Assembly: GCA_964016885.1 (NCBI GenBank)
Contig: OZ024741.1
Span: 326,988,001-327,052,000 of the forward strand
Reading direction: 5' to 3'
Length of the DNA: 64,000 bases
From: Eledone cirrhosa
Taxonomy: Eukaryota
Position 1 is the stretch's first letter; each line of letters opens with the position of its first letter. The position numbers and the translations under genes were made by a program. The notes below the pieces were generated by a model. That model was not told where the DNA came from. It did not search any database and saw only the letters and a program-made list of their open reading frames with translations. Shown in pieces: positions 60,596-64,000 of this stretch.

Positions 60596-61984
60596 TATAT
60601 TTAGTTTCATTTATAATTATTTGGGAAACTAGCCGATAAATCTTTCGATTTCTTCTTTTTATTCTTCTTTTTATTTTTATTTTTATTTAAACATTCTTCA
60701 TGGAAAATTAAACTACCCTAAAAGTTGATGCTCCAAATATTTCGAATAAACGTCACACTAGATAAACTTCTATATTAAATATAAGAACACATGTAGACCA
60801 AATGGGCATCCTAAACTTTTTGAAATGATTTTTGCTAGATGCGATTTGATAAATAATTTTTAGCTTTATCTGTTTTCGACTCTGATGCTTATAATGAACT
60901 TAGCAATATATTGTCAATTAATTTTGAAGGGTTGATCTTTGTGGTTTATTTTTATTATTGTAGTATTTTCTAATATTTTTATTTTTAATATGTAATATTT
61001 TTAATATGTAATATTTTTAATATGTAATATTTTTAATATGTAATATTTTTAATATGTAATATTTTTTTCGTAATATTTTTTTTAGTTTTCTATTTTATTA
61101 TTATTTATTTATTATTATTATTATTATTATTGTTGTTTTTTGGTTTTTGTTTCTGATATATTTTGTATTAATATATTGAAGTCTGCTCTCTATTTCTGCT
61201 TGATAGATAATCTTGTAGTAATATAGACTCTATATATATATGTGTATATATATACACATATGTGTATACTCAAATTTTTATAGCACAATGAGAATGTTTT
61301 CGTGTGAACTTAGGGTTTGCAGAGTTGATCATGTAAATTCACATTGATGTTTGTAGTTATCATATAAACATATGAATTTTTTAAAACTAAACATAAGATC
61401 ATTACTTTTCACACATTATGGATACGTGTCTCATTCAGGAATACTTATATTTTCAATATAGTGCCTGGTTTTTATACATATTTTTTATACATATTAATAC
61501 TTCTACATTAAAACATAGGGTTTTTATGCCTCGCCTATGTCTGGTGACTTTTCATTTTTCTCTCTATATAACATCTGGTTTCTCTCCTAACCACATATAT
61601 CTCCCTTACATTAATACTAGAGCTAAATAAATAAATAAATAAATAAATGTATCATTGATACGTTTACTCAAGGGATGTCCAACTACATATTTTTCTATAT
61701 ATATATCTATCTCTATCTATTCCCTCTCTCTATATATATCTCTCTCTGTTTCTTTACATGAAGTTCTTCTCTTTATCTATCTTTCCATCTCTCTATTTTG
61801 TTCCATGCATTTCTTCTTTTTCTTCTTTTTCTTCGTTTTCTGTTTTTCTTTCCTTTTTTCTTTCTTTTTTTCTCTCTTTCTTTCTTTCTGTCTACAATTT
61901 TTTCACTGCCAATTCAACTTTTCAAATACAAGTCGATGTTGTACGGTATGTCAAATCTATTTATCTATAAAACTGTTTATATTG

Positions 61985-62050
61985 TATTTTGTCTGAGGAA
62001 GGCATAGCATATTGTTAATATGATATCCCTGAAATATATATAACGAAATA
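61985..62050 (+). ncRNA. Hammerhead in PLE terminal repeat (inverted copy ~58225-58290)
   Basis: TATTTTGT CTGAGGA AGG...CATATT-GTT-AATATG...CCT GAAA TATATA TA ACGAAATA. Confidence 0.7.
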
Positions 62051-62200
62051 AATATGGTTTTATAATTATAGTTTCCATTTATTTAATATCGTAAATATAC
62101 TCCAAATACTTGTCGAGTGCTTTTATATCAGTTATTAATATTTAGTAGTTGTAACCCAACAATTTAAATATAACTTTCCATGTATATATATATACATATA

Positions 62201-62231
<31 letters not shown>

Positions 62232-62268
62232 GTATATATATGTATATATATGTATATATATATATACA

Positions 62269-62356
<88 letters not shown>

Positions 62357-62426
62357 TGTATATATATATATATATATACATATATATATGTATATATATG
62401 TATATATATGTATATATATATATACA

Positions 62427-64000
<1,574 letters not shown>

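Larger units (their letters stand above)
58182..62180 (+). mobile_element. Near full-length Penelope-like element with inverted 5' terminal-repeat copy
   Basis: 58182-58338 is the reverse complement of ~61935-62092; flanked by (TA)n on both sides. Confidence 0.92.

Overview
AT-rich, microsatellite-saturated animal DNA with no host exon I can support. The tRNA-derived SINEs and the (TA)n/(CA)n density point to an octopod cephalopod (inference). Most ORF-track entries are translations of microsatellites. The real content is a dense nest of Penelope-like retroelements (PLEs). One is near-intact (58375-60595; RT plus C-terminal GIY-YIG; one frameshift in a C15 run), and at least seven are decayed or truncated, several with the typical inverted terminal-repeat copy. 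There are also RTE LINE fragments (one with a twin-priming-type inversion), about a dozen SINEs, and many fold-back or tandem non-coding elements sitting in (TA)n tracts. Read as RNA, the window has about 15 hammerhead ribozyme (HHR) loci, including two retrozyme-like tandem arrays (311-bp and 528-bp units) and a U3-A8 core variant. Best novelty candidate: a ~104-nt covarying motif in three diverged copies (1431-1534 -, 5289-5391 -, 43098-43201 +). It carries all hammerhead core elements in a strand order that is none of types I/II/III, with a k-turn-like loop that could fold it back on itself. Second candidate: a 486-588-nt tandem family at three loci with covarying helices but no recognisable ribozyme. 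All RNA structures were paired by eye and none has been tested; many boundaries are approximate.
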